Source: Malacoraja senta (taxonomy: Eukaryota). From it: a stretch of 64,000 bases of DNA. The notes beneath the pieces were generated by a model that searched no databases, was not told where the DNA came from, and saw only the letters and a list, made by a program, of their open reading frames with translations. The stretch spans positions 39,680,001-39,744,000 of the forward strand of contig CM075979.1 of NCBI GenBank assembly GCA_038087875.1, given 5' to 3'. Made by a program: the position numbers and the translations under genes. Position 1 is the first letter of the stretch, and every line of letters begins with the position of its first letter. Positions 12,901-27,900 of the stretch are shown here, one piece after another.

Positions 12901-15900
12901 ACAAAAATACACGATGCAACTAAGCAACCTTACTGCAATCCCCGTTAACTCTTCTGCTGGATTCTGTGTTGAGTTTTTCCATTCTATCGGCAATGCCATT
13001 TTGCAAGGCCTGCCAACCACAAGCTATGATATGAAAACACAAACTGGTATTTTCTCAGGGGAGGGAAAGAATTTATTGATTCTTGAGACAAACTAATTGA
13101 AATTATATTAGAGCCTCCTCAACAATTCTGCACAACTGAAATACTCATATTCAACATCATACATAAAGATATTTATCAGTTACATCACCTTCAGGTGTAC
13201 ACAACCTGATTTTAATGTTTTGTCTCCAGGTCAGGCAACTGTGACGTCTACAGGTAAATCAGGCCTCTGTAACTTTATTCTGTGTACTGAAGATTGTAAA
13301 GTAATGAAGTACACAGGAAGATGTGAAAGTACAACCAGACCAGCAGAAACTACAACAGCAGCTACAACAGTGACAGTAACACCAACATCAAGAGGAACTA
13401 CCACATGTACCTGTGAGAATGACGGGCGAATAATGTTACCTGGTAAGTGTGTCAATTATCACAGAGCTCGTCCATGAACATTGAAAAGACAAATAAATCC
13501 ATAATCCCAGGGCTGAAAATGGTAGCAGCATTGATTGGTAATGGATGGCAAATAATCACACGCTTTTCATTGGCAAAACGTATGTCCACCCATTTCCAAG
13601 GTTAATTGTACACGCTTGATCACGCACCTTCAGGAGACATTGCCATCTCCTCGCAATAATGAATCATGCAACTGAGTATCCGTTCTGCAGTTGTCAAGTA
13701 ATCGTCTGCTGATTCCTTTATTGTGCTTTTACATTCACTCTACAATTCCCTTTTACACAGCCTGTCAGCAGCAATTGCTTTGCCAAAATGTTATGCTTCA
13801 CAACCAGACCCTGGTGCTTGCACAGATGTGGTTCAGAACGTCCCGATCCTTGATGCATTCGGCGAAATAATATTCTCATATTTTAAACTTTCTTACTAAG
13901 TGAAATGCATGAACCAGGGTCATCAGCAGAGATAAAGATATAACATGCAGGTTCACAAACCCTGATTTTCTTTACTTTGCCTCCAGGTCAGGCAATGGTG
14001 ATTTCTGCCGGTAAATCAGGGCTGTGTAACTTTACTCTGTGTACTAAGGTTCAAATGATTATGGGCCAAACACAGGTAAATGGGACATTCAATTAGGTAA
14101 TTTGGTTAGCTTGGATGAGTTTCAATGCTGTATATCACTATGACTCTGGTGGATTGGATTTGAGAGGCAGTTCCTGCACCTAGTGTGTGTATGTCTACAT
14201 GGTGGCTGTTGGTGTTGTTCCAAATCTCAGAATGAATCTTGGAATATTGTGAAACTTAAAGAGTCTGTAAAGAGAATTTGGAGAACTGATGTTAAGTTAC
14301 ACATGAATCCTTAAGGAGCCATCACTATATCTGGGAAATGTCTGGAAATGAGGAGTCCTTGAAAGCACTGATGTCCAAAAGCTACCAATGTCAAACACAA
14401 TCAAGGAAAACTGATTTTCATTTTTTGTATCCATTCATCCCAGTTGAAAAAAAGTGTGTTTGTTTGCATTAATGACAGAGCTGGAAGAACTGCTGCCAAC
14501 CAGCTCCAAAAACGCAGACAATGCTGTTTGCTCAGATTTGGTTCAGAACATCCTGATCCTTGATGCAGACAGCAAAATAATATTCACATATTTCAAACTT
14601 ATTTCCCAAGTGAAAGACAAGAACCAGCTTCAACATCATACATAAAGATAGTCATCAGTTGCATCACCTTGACGTGTACACAAACTGATTTTTTTTCTTT
14701 GCCTCCAGGTCAGGCAACTGTGACTTCTGCAGGTAAATTAGGCCTCTGTAACTTTACTCTGTGTACTGAGGATTGTGAAGTTCTGAAGTACACAGGAAGA
14801 TGTGAAACTACAACCAGACCAGCAGAAACCACAACATCAGCTACAACAGTGACAGTAACACCAACGTCAAAAGGAACTACAATCTGTTCATGTGATGTTG
14901 ACGGACATATAATGTCACCAGGTAAGTGTGTCAGTAATCAAAGTGCTCTTCTGTTCACATTCCAAAGAAAGAGCTTTACAGCTGTCTCTTGGGTAGACAA
15001 AAATGCTGGTGAGACTCAGCGGGTGAGGCAGCATCTATGGAACCTACATCTGTCTCTTGCTAAGTGCAGATGATAGCAAGAAATGCATCCAATTATGAAG
15101 TTGATGCACAGTTCTAAACATGTCAACATAAATTATAGAATCTTTTTGCATTCTTATTTTTTCCATTTGAGTTAATGTGGTTGAAGCTTTTAATAGTTTA
15201 AAATCACCGGAGGCTTCTTCCTCCAACCACTGAGCAACAGGATATATTTGAATCAAATGCTCCTTAAATGCAACATCTTGTTACGATAAAGTTCAACACC
15301 CCTACATTGTGCTTGACAGCAGCATTGATCAGAGAGGTTTGCTCACAATGTGGACCTACACTTTTATACTGGAAATATTGTGGTCCGCCCATGGTTTCTG
15401 TTATGGGCCAGATCATGCCTCCCGTGAAAAAAGTTATTTCTGCCCAAAAATGAACTACGCAACTGAGCAACCTTAATGCAATTGCCGCTCACTCTTCTGC
15501 TGATTTCTGTATTATATTCTCTCCGCAATTCCCTTTTACAAGGCCTGCCAGCCACAAGCTACGATATGAAATCACGCACTGTGTTTGATCAAGGGAGGTA
15601 CATCATTTCTTGATTCTTGATGCAAACACTTTGAAATTACAACCTGATTTTCTTTTCTTTGCCTCCAGGTCAGGCAACTGTGACGTCTACAGGTAAATCA
15701 GGCCTCTGTAACTTTATTCTGTGTACTGAAGATTGTAAAGTTATGAAGTACACAGGAAGATGTGAAAGTACAACCAGACCAGCAGAAACTACAACATCAG
15801 CTACAACAGTGACAGTAACACCAATGTCAAGAGGAACTACCACATGTACCTGTGAGAATGACGGGCGAATAATGTTACCTGGTAAGTGTGTCAATTATCA

Positions 15901-18900
15901 CAGAGCTCTTCCATTCACATTGAAAAGACAAAGAAATCCATAATCCCAAAGCTGAAAATAGCAGCAGCATTGATTGGTAATGGATGGCAAATAATCACAC
16001 CCTTGCTTTTCATTGGGAAAACGTATCTCCACCCATTTCCAAGGTTAATTGTACACGCCTGATCACGCACCTTCAGGAGACATAGCCATCTCCTCGCAAT
16101 AATAAATCATGCAACTGAATATCCGTTCTGCAGTTGTCAAGTAATCGTCTGCTGATTCCTTTATTGTGCTTTTACATCCACTCTACAATTCCCTTTTACA
16201 CAGCCTGTCAGCAGCAATTGCTTTGCCAAAATGTTATGCTTCACAACCAGACTCTGGTGCTTGCACAGATGTGGTTCAGAACGTCCCGATCCTTGATGCA
16301 TTCGGCGAAATAATATTCTCATATTTCAAACGTACTTACTAAGTGAAATGCAAGAACCAGCGTCATCAGCAGAGATAAAGATATTTTATGATTATATAAC
16401 ATGCAGGTTCACAAACCCTGATTTTCTTTACTTTACCTCCAGGTCAGGCAACTGTGATTTCTGCAGGTAAATCAGGCCTCTGTAACTTTACTCTGTGTAC
16501 TGAGGATTGTAAAGTTCTGAAGTACACAGGAAGATGTGAAACTACGACCAGACCAGCAGAAACCACAACATCAGCTACAATAGTGACAGTAACACCAACG
16601 TCAAAAGGAACTACAATCTGTTCATGTGATGTTGACGGACATATAATGTCACCAGGTAAGTGTGTCAGTAATCAAAGTGCTCTTCTATTCACATTTCAAA
16701 GTAAGAGGTATACCTCAGTCTTTAGCTTTGTGCAGATGATTGCAAGAAATGCATCAGATTATGAAGCTGATGGATTATACTATACGTCAACAAAAATTAT
16801 CGCAACTTATTGCTTTCAATGAATTTCCGTTTGAGTTAATGTGGTCGAAGTTTTTCATCGCTCCAATGCGACCGTCTTCCTTGCAACCATAGAGCTACAG
16901 GATATATTTGGTTCAAATGCTCCTTAAATTCAACATCATATTACGATACAGTTCAACATCCCTACATTGAGATTAGCAGCAGAATTGATCAGTAGAGGTT
17001 TGTACACAATTCCGAATCTCCATATCTGTTACTAGAAATTCTGTGGTCCACCCGATCCCATGGCTGTGTTATGGGCCTGATCATGCCCCGCTGAAAATGA
17101 TATTTCTTTACAAAAATACACGATGCAACTAAGCAACCTTACTGCAATTCCCGTTAACTCTTCTGCTGGATTCTGTGTTGAGTTTTTCCATTCTATCGGC
17201 AATGCCATTTTGCAAGGCCTGCCAAGCACAAGCTATGATATGAAAACACACACTGCTTTTTCTCAGGGGGGGACAGAATTTATTGATTCTTGAGACAAAC
17301 TCATTGAAATTATATTAGAGCCTCCTCAACAATTCTGCACAACTGAAATATTCATATTCAACATCATACATAAAGATATTTATCAGTTACATCACCTTCA
17401 GGTGTACACAACCTGATTTTAATGTTTTGTCTCCAGGTCAGGCAACTGTGACGTCTACAGGTAAATCAGGCCTCTGTAACTTTATTCTGTGTACTGAAGA
17501 TTGTAAAGTTATGAAGTACACAGGAAGATGTGAAAGTACAACCAGACCAGCAGAAACTACAACAGCAGCTACAACAGTGACAGTAACACCAACGTCAAGA
17601 CGAACTACCACATGTACCTGTGAGAATGACGGGCGAATAATGTTACCTGGTAAGTGTGTCAATTATCACAGAGCTCTTCCATTCACATTGAAAAGACAAA
17701 GAAATCCATAATCCCAAAGCTGAAAATGGCAGCAGCAATGATTGGCAATGGATGGCAAATAATCACACCCTTGCTTTTCATTGGGTAAACGTATGTCCAC
17801 CCATTTCCAAGGTTAATTGTACACGCCTGATCACGCACCTTCAGGAGACATTGCCATCTCCTCGCATTAATGAATCATGCAACTGAGTATCCGTTCTGCA
17901 GTTGCCAAGTAATCGTCTGCTGATTCCTTTATTGTGCTTTTACATTCACTCTACAATTCCCTTTTACACAGCCTGTCAGCAGCAATTGCTTTGCCAAAAT
18001 GTTATGCTTCACAACCAGACCCTGGTGCTTGCACAGATGTGGTTCAGAGCGTCCCGATCCATGATGCATTCTGCGAAATAATATTCTCATATTTCAAACA
18101 TACTTACTAAGTGAAATGCATGAACCAGGGTCATCAGCAGAGATAAAGATATAACATGCAGGTTCACAAACCCTGATTTTCTTTACTTTGCCTCCAGGTC
18201 AGGCAATGGTGATTTCTGCCGATAAATCATGGCTGTGTAACTTTACTCTGTGTACTAAGGTTCAAATGATTATGGGACAAACACAGGTAAATGGGACATT
18301 CAATTAGGTAATTTGGTTAGCTTGGATGAGTTTCAATGCTGTATATCACTATGACTCTGGTGGATTGGATTTGAGAGGCAGTTCCTGCTCCGAGTGTGTG
18401 TATGTCTACATGGTGGCTGTTGGTGTTGTTCCAAATCTCAGAATGAATCTTGGAATATTGTGAAACTTAAAGAGTCTGGAAAGAGAATTTGGAGAACTGA
18501 TGTTAAGCTACACATGAGTCCTTAAGGAGCCAACAATATAACTGGGAAATGTCTGGAAATGATGAGTCAAGCAGTTCCCTGAAAGCACCAATGTCCAAAA
18601 GCTACCAATGTCAAACACCATCAAGGAAAACTGATTCCCATTTTTTGTATCCATTCATCCCAGTTGAAAAAAATTGTGTTTGTTTGCATTAATGACAGAG
18701 CTAGAAGAACCGCTGCCAACCAGCTCCAAAAACGCAGACAATGCTGTTTGCTCAGATTTGGTTCAGAATATCCTGATCCTTGATGCAGTCGGCAAAATAA
18801 TATTCGCATATTTCAAACTTATTTCCCAAGTGAAAGACATGAACCAGCTTCAACATCATACATAAAGATAGTCACCAGTTACATCACCTTCAGGTGGACA

Positions 18901-21900
18901 CAATCTGATTTTTTTTCTTTGCTCCAGGTCAGGCAACTGTGACTTCTGCAGGTAAATCAGGCCTCTGTAACTTTACTCTGTGTACTGAGGATTGTGAAGT
19001 TCTGAAGTACACAGGAAGATGTGAAACTACGACCAGACCAGCAGAAACCACAACATCAGCTACAATAGTGACAGTAACACCAACGTCAAAAGGAACTACA
19101 ATCTGTTCATGTGATGTTGACGGACATATAATGTCACCAGGTAAGTGTGTCAGTAATCAAAGTGCTCTTCTATTCACATTTCAAAGTCAGAGGTTTACCT
19201 CAGTCTTTAGCTTTGTGCAGATGATTGCAAGAAATGCATCAGATTATGAAGCTGATGCATTATACTATACGTCAACAAAAATTATCGCAACTTATTGCTT
19301 TCAATGAATTTCTGTTTGAGTTAATGTGGTCAAAGTTTTTCATTGCTCCAATGCGACCTTCTTCCTTGCAACCATAGAGCTACAGGATATATTTGGTTCA
19401 AATGCTCCTTAAATTCAACATCATATTACGATACAGTTCAACATCCCTACATTGAGATTAGCAGCAGAATTGATCAGTAGAGGTTTGTACACAATTCCGA
19501 ATCTCCATATCTGTTACTAGAAATTCTGTGGTCCACCCGATCCCATGGCTGTGTTATGGGCCTGATCATGCCCCGCTGAAAATGATATTTCTTTACAAAA
19601 ATACACGATGCAACTAAGCAACCTTACTGCAATTCCCGTTAACTCTTCTGCTGGATTCTGTGTTGAGTTTTTCCATTCTATCGGCAATGCCATTTTGCAA
19701 GGCCTGCCAAGCACAAGCTATGATATGAAAACACACACTGCTTTTTCTCAGGGGGGGACAGAATTTATTGATTCTTGAGACAAACTCATTGAAATTATAT
19801 TAGAGCCTCCTCAACAATTCTGCACAACTGAAATATTCATATTCAACATCATACATAAAGATATTTATCAGTTACATCACCTTCAGGTGTACACAACCTG
19901 ATTTTAATGTTTTGTCTCCAGGTCAGGCAACTGTGACGTCTACAGGTAAATCAGGCCTCTGTAACTTTATTCTGTGTACTGAAGATTGTAAAGTTATGAA
20001 GTACACAGGAAGATGTGAAAGTACAACCAGACCAGCAGAAACTACAACAGCAGCTACAACAGTGACAGTAACACCAACGTCAAGACGAACTACCACATGT
20101 ACCTGTGAGAATGACGGGCGAATAATGTTACCTGGTAAGTGTGTCAATTATCACAGAGCTCTTCCATTCACATTGAAAAGACAAAGAAATCCATAATCCC
20201 AAAGCTGAAAATGGCAGCAGCAATGATTGGCAATGGATGGCAAATAATCACACCCTTGCTTTTCATTGGGTAAACGTATGTCCACCCATTTCCAAGGTTA
20301 ATTGTACACGCCTGATCACGCACCTTCAGGAGACATTGCCATCTCCTCGCATTAATGAATCATGCAACTGAGTATCCGTTCTGCAGTTGCCAAGTAATCG
20401 TCTGCTGATTCCTTTATTGTGCTTTTACATTCACTCTACAATTCCCTTTTACACAGCCTGTCAGCAGCAATTGCTTTGCCAAAATGTTATGCTTCACAAC
20501 CAGACCCTGGTGCTTGCACAGATGTGGTTCAGAGCGTCCCGATCCATGATGCATTCTGCGAAATAATATTCTCATATTTCAAACATACTTACTAAGTGAA
20601 ATGCATGAACCAGGGTCATCAGCAGAGATAAAGATATAACATGCAGGTTCACAAACCCTGATTTTCTTTACTTTGCCTCCAGGTCAGGCAATGGTGATTT
20701 CTGCCGATAAATCATGGCTGTGTAACTTTACTCTGTGTACTAAGGTTCAAATGATTATGGGACAAACACAGGTAAATGGGACATTCAATTAGGTAATTTG
20801 GTTAGCTTGGATGAGTTTCAATGCTGTATATCACTATGACTCTGGTGGATTGGATTTGAGAGGCAGTTCCTGCTCCGAGTGTGTGTATGTCTACATGGTG
20901 GCTGTTGGTGTTGTTCCAAATCTCAGAATGAATCTTGGAATATTGTGAAACTTAAAGAGTCTGGAAAGAGAATTTGGAGAACTGATGTTAAGCTACACAT
21001 GAGTCCTTAAGGAGCCAACAATATAACTGGGAAATGTCTGGAAATGATGAGTCAAGCAGTTCCCTGAAAGCACCAATGTCCAAAAGCTACCAATGTCAAA
21101 CACCATCAAGGAAAACTGATTCCCATTTTTTGTATCCATTCATCCCAGTTGAAAAAAATTGTGTTTGTTTGCATTAATGACAGAGCTAGAAGAACCGCTG
21201 CCAACCAGCTCCAAAAACGCAGACAATGCTGTTTGCTCAGATTTGGTTCAGAATATCCTGATCCTTGATGCAGTCGGCAAAATAATATTCGCATATTTCA
21301 AACTTATTTCCCAAGTGAAAGACATGAACCAGCTTCAACATCATACATAAAGATAGTCACCAGTTACATCACCTTCAGGTGGACACAATCTGATTTTTTT
21401 TCTTTGCTCCAGGTCAGGCAACTGTGACTTCTGCAGGTAAATCAGGCCTCTGTAACTTTACTCTGTGTACTGAGGATTGTGAAGTTCTGAAGTACACAGG
21501 AAGATGTGAAACTACGACCAGACCAGCAGAAACCACAACATCAGCTACAATAGTGACAGTAACACCAACGTCAAAAGGAACTACAATCTGTTCATGTGAT
21601 GTTGACGGACATATAATGTCACCAGGTAAGTGTGTCAGTAATCAAAGTGCTCTTCTATTCACATTTCAAAGTCAGAGGTTTACCTCAGTCTTTAGCTTTG
21701 TGCAGATGATTGCAAGAAATGCATCAGATTATGAAGCTGATGCATTATACTATACGTCAACAAAAATTATCGCAACTTATTGCTTTCAATGAATTTCTGT
21801 TTGAGTTAATGTGGTCAAAGTTTTTCATTGCTCCAATGCGACCTTCTTCCTTGCAACCATAGAGCTACAGGATATATTTGGTTCAAATGCTCCTTAAATT

Positions 21901-24900
21901 CAACATCATATTACGATACAGTTCAACATCCCTACATTGAGATTAGCAGCAGAATTGATCAGTAGAGGTTTGTACACAATTCCGAACTTCCACATCTGCA
22001 CTAGAAATTCTGTGGTCCACCCGATCCCATGGCTGTGTTATGGGCCTGATCACGCCCCGCTGAAAATGATATTTCTTCACAAAAATACACGATTCAACTA
22101 AGCAACCTTACTGCAATTCCCGTTAACTCTTCTGCTGGATTCTGTGTTGAATTTTTCCATTCCATCGGCAATGCCATTTTCCAAGGCCTGCCAACCACAA
22201 GCTATGATATGAAAACACAAACTGGTATTTTCTCAGGGGAGGGACAGAATTTATTCATTCTTGAGACAAACTAATTGAAATTATATTAGAGCCTCCTCAA
22301 CAATTCTGCACAACTGAAATACTCATATTCAACATCATACATAAAGATATTTATCAGTTACATCACCTTCAGGTGTACACAACCTGATTTTAATGTTTTA
22401 TCTCCAGGTCAGGCAACTGTGACGTCTACAGGTAAATCAGGCCTCTGTAACTTTATTCTGTGTACTGAAGATTGTAAAGTTATGAAGTACACAGGAAGAT
22501 GTGAAAGTACAACCAGACCAGCAGAAACTACAACAGCAGCTACAACAGTGACAGTAACACCAACGTCAAGAGGAACTACCACATGTACCTGTAAGAATGA
22601 CGGGCGAATAATGTTACCTGGTAAGTGTGTCAATTATCACAGAGCTCTTCCATTCACATTGAAAAGACAAAGAAATCCATAATCCCAAAGCTGAAAATGG
22701 CAGCAGCATTGATTGGTAATGGATGGCAAATAATCACTCCCTTACTTTTCATTGGGAAAACGTATGTCCACCCATTTCCAAGGTTAATTGTACACGCCTG
22801 ATCACGCACCTTCAGGAGACATTGCCATCTCTTCGCAATAATGAATCATGCAACTGAGTATCCGTTCTGCAGTTGTCAAGTAATCGTCGGCTGATTCCTT
22901 TATTGTGCTTTTACATTCACTCTACAATTCCCTTTTACACAGCCTGTCAGCAGCAACCGGCTTTGCCAAAATGTTATGCTTCACAACCAGACCCTGGTGC
23001 TTGCACAGATGTGGTTCAGAACGTCCCGATCCTTGATGCATTCGGCGAAATAGTATTCTCATATTTCAAACGTACTTATTAAGTGAAATGCAAGAAACAG
23101 CGTCATCAGCAGAGATAAAGATATTTTATGATTAAATAACATGCAGGTTCACAAACCCTGATTTTCTTTACTTTACCTCCAGGTCAGGCAACAGTGATTT
23201 CTGCAGGTAAATCAGGCCTCTGTAACTTTACTCTGTGTACTGAGGATTGTGAAGTTCTGAAGTACACAGGAAGATGTGAAACTACGACCAGACCAGCAGA
23301 AACCACAACATCAGCTACAACAGTGACAGTAACACCAACGTCAAAAGGAACTACAATCTGTTCATGTGATGTTGACGGACATATAATGTCACCAGGTAAG
23401 TGTGTCAGTAATCAAAGTGCTCTTCTATTCACATTTCAAAGTAAGAGGTTTACCTCAGTCTTTAGCTTTGTGCAGATGATTGCAAGTAATGCATCAGATT
23501 ATGAAGCTGATGCATTATACTGTACATCAACAAAAATTATCGCAACTTCTTGCTTTCAATGAGTTAATGTGGTCAAAGTTTTTCATTGCTCCAATGCGAC
23601 CTTCTTCCTTGCAACCATAGAGCTACAGGATATATTTGGATCAAATGCTCCTTAAATTCAACATCATATTACGATACAGTTCAACATCCCTACATTGAGA
23701 TTAGCAGCAGAATTGATCAGTAGAGGTTTGTACACAATTCCGAACCTCCACATCTGTACTAGAAATTCTGTGGTCCACCCGATCCCATGGCTGTGTTATG
23801 GGCCTGATCATGCCCCGCTGAAAATGATATTTCTTCACAAAAATACACGATGCAACTAAGCAACCTAACTGCAATTCCCGTTAACTCTTCTGCTGGATTC
23901 TGTGTTGAGTTTTTCCATTCTATCGGCAATGCCATTTTGCAAAGCCTGCCAACCACAAGCTATGATATGAAAACACACACTGGTATTTTCTCAGGGGGGG
24001 ACAGAATTTATTGATTCTAGAGACAAACTCATTGAAATTATAGTAGAGCCTCCTCAACAATTCTGCACAACTGAAATACTCATATTCAACATCATACATA
24101 AAGATATATATCAGTTACATCACCTTCAGGTGTACACAACCTGATTTTAATGTTTTGTCTCCAGGTCAGGCAACTGTGACGTCTACAGGTAAATCAGGCC
24201 TCTGTAACTTTATTCTGTGTACTGAAGATTGTAAAGTAATGAAGTACACAGGAAGATGTGAAAGTACAACCAGACCAGCAGAAACTACAACAGCAGCTAC
24301 AACAGTGACAGTAACACCAACGTCAAGAGGAACTACCACATGTACCTGTGAGAATGACGGGCGAATAATGTTACCTGGTAAGTGTGTCAATTATCACAGA
24401 GCTCTTCCATGAACATTGAAAAGACAAATAAATCCATAATCCCAGGGCTGAAAATGGTAGCATCGTTGATTGGTAATGGATGGCAAATAATCACACGCTT
24501 TTCATTGGTAAAACGTATGTCCACCCATTTCCAAGGTTAATTGTACACGCCTGATCACGCACCTTCAGCAGACATTGCCATCTCCTCGCAATAATGAATC
24601 ATGCAACTGAGTATCCGTTCTGCAGTTGTCCAGTAATCGTCTGCTGATTCCTTTATTGTGCTTTTACATTCACTCTACAATTCCCTTTTACACAGCCTGT
24701 CAGCAGCAATTGCTTTGCCAAAATGTTATGCTTCACAACCAGACCCTGGTGCTTGCACAGATGTGGTTCAGAACGTCCCGATCCTTGATGCATTCAGCGA
24801 AATAATATTCTCATATTTCAAACGTACATATTAAGTGAAATGCAAGAACCAGCGTCATCAGCAGAGATAAAGATATTTTATGATTACATAACATGCAGGT

Positions 24901-27900
24901 TCACAAACCCTGATTTTCTTTACTTTACCTCCAGGTCAGGCAACTGTGACTTCTGCAGGTAAATCAGGCCTCTGTAACTTTACTCTGTGTACTGAGGATT
25001 GTGAAGTTCTGAAGTACACAGGAAGATGTGAAACTACGACCAGACCAGCAGAAACCACAACATCAGCTACAATAGTGACAGTAACACCAACGTCAAAAGG
25101 AACTACAATCTGTTCATGTGATGTTGACGGACATATAATGTCACCAGGTAAGTGTGTCAGTAATCAAAGTGCTCTTCTATTCACATTTCAAAGTCAGAGG
25201 TTTACCTCAGTCTTTAGCTTTATGCAGATGATTGCAAGAAATGCATCAGATTATGAAGCTGATGCATTATACTATACGTCAACAAAAATTATCACAACTT
25301 ATTGCTTTCAATGAATTTCTGTTTGAGTTAATGTGGTCAAAGTTTTTCATTGCTCCAATGCGACCTTCTTCCTTGCAACCATAGAGCTACAGGATATATT
25401 TGGTTCAAATGCTCCTTAAATTCCACATCATATTACGATACAGTTCAACATCCCTTCAATGAGATTAGCAGCAGAATTGATTAGTAGAGGTTTGTACACA
25501 ATTCCGAACCTCCACATCTGTACTAGAAATTCTGTGGTCCACCCGATCCCATGGCTGTGTTATGGGCCTGATCATGCCCCGCTGAAAATGATATTTCTTC
25601 ACAAAAATACACGATGCAACTAAGCAACCTTACTGCAATCCCCGTTAACTCTTCTGCTGGATTCTGTGTTGAGTTTTTCCATTCTATCGGCAATGCCATT
25701 TTGCAAGGCCTGCCAACCACAAGCTATGATATGAAAACACAAACTGGTATTTTCTCAGGGGAGGGACAGAATTTATTGATTCTTGAAACAAATTAATTGA
25801 AATTATATTAGAGCCTCCTCAACAATTCTGCACAACTGAAATACACATATTCAACATCATACATAAAGATATTTATCAGTTACATCACCTTCAGGTGTAC
25901 ACAACCTGATTTTAATGTTTTGTCTCCAGGTCAGGCAACTGTGACGTCTACAGGTAAATCAGGCCTCTGTAACTTTATTCTGTGTACTGAAGATTGTAAA
26001 GTAATGAAGTACACAGGAAGATGTGAAAGTACAACCAGACCAGCAGAAACTACAACAGCAGCTACAACAGTGACAGTAACACCAACATCAAGAGGAACTA
26101 CCACATGTACCTGTGAGAATGACGGGCGAATAATGTTACCTGGTAAGTGTGTCAATTATCACAGAGCTCTTCCATTCACATTGAAAAGACAAAGACATCC
26201 ATAATCCCAAAGCTGAAAATAGCAGCAGCATTGATTGGTAATGGATGGCAAATAATCACACCCTTGCTTTTCATTGGGAAAACGTATCTCCACCCATTTC
26301 CAAGGTTAATTGTACACGCCTGATCACGCACCTTCAGGAGACATAGCCATCTCCTCGCAATAATGAATCATGCAACTGAGTATCCGTTCTGCAGTTGTCA
26401 AGTAATCGTCTGCTGATTCCTGTATTGTGCTTTTACATCCACTCTACAATTCCCTTTTACACAGCCTGTCAGCAGCAACCGGCTTTGCCAAAATGTTATG
26501 CTTCACAACCAGACCATGGTGCTTGCACAGATGTGGTTCAGAACGTCCCGATCCTTGATGCATTCTGCAAAATAATATTCTCATATTTCAAACTTACTTA
26601 CTAAGTGAAATGCATGAACCAGGGTCATCAGCAGAGATAAAGATATAACATGCAAGTTCACAAACCCTGATTTTCTTTACTTTGTCTCCAGGTCAGGCAA
26701 TGGTGATTTCTGCCGGTAAATCAGGGCTGTGTAACTTTACTCTGTGTACTAAGGTTCAAATGATTATGGGACAAACACAGGTAAATGGGACATTCAATTA
26801 GGTAATTTGGTTAGCTTGGATGAGTTTCAATGCTGCACTACACTATGACTCTGGTGGATTGGATTTGAGAGGCAGTTCCTGCTCCGAGTGTGTGTATGTC
26901 TACATGGTGGCTGTTGGTGTTGTTCCAAATCTCAGAATGAATCTTGGAATATTGTGAAACTTAAAGAGTCTGGAAAGAGAATTTGGAGAACTGATGTTAA
27001 GCTACACATGAGTCCTTAAGGAGCCATCACTATATCTGGGAAATGTCTGGAAATGATGAGTCCCTGAAAGCACTGATGTCCAAAAGCTACCAATGTCAAA
27101 CACCATCAAGGAAAACTGATTCCCATTTTTTGTATCCATTCATCCCAGTTGGAAAAAAAATGTGTTTGTTTGCATTAATGACAGAGCTAGAAGAACCGCT
27201 GCCAACCAGCTCCAAAAACGCAGACAATGCTGTTTGCTCAGATTTGGTTCAGAACATCCTGATCCTTGATGCAGACAACAAAATAATATTCACATATTTC
27301 AAACTTATTTCCCAAGTGAAAGACAAGAACCAGCTTCAACATCATACATAAAGATAGTCATCAGTTGCATCACCTTGACGTGTACACAACCTGATTTTTT
27401 TTTCTTTGCCTCCAGGTCAGGCAACTGTGACTTCTGCAGGTAAATCAGGCCTCTGTAACTTTACTCTGTGTACTGAGGATTGTGAAGTTCTGAAGTACAC
27501 AGGAAGATGTGAAACTACAACCAGACCAGCAGAAACCACAACATCAGCTACAACAGTGACAGTAACACCAACGTCAAAAGGAACTACAATCTGTTCATGT
27601 GATGTTGACGGACATATAATGTCACCAGGTAAGTGTGTCAGTAATCAGTGCTCTTCTGTTCACATTCCAAAGAAAGAGCTTTACGGCTGTCTCTTGGGTA
27701 GACAAAAATGCTGGTGAGACTCAACGGGTGAAGCAGCATCTATGGAACCTACATCTGTCTCTTGCTAAGTGCAGATGATAGCAAGAAATGCATCCAATTA
27801 TGAAGTTGATGCACAGTTCTAAACATGTCAACATAAATTATAGAATCTTTTTGCATTCTTATTTTTTTCATTTGAGTTAATGTGGTTGAAGCTCTTAATA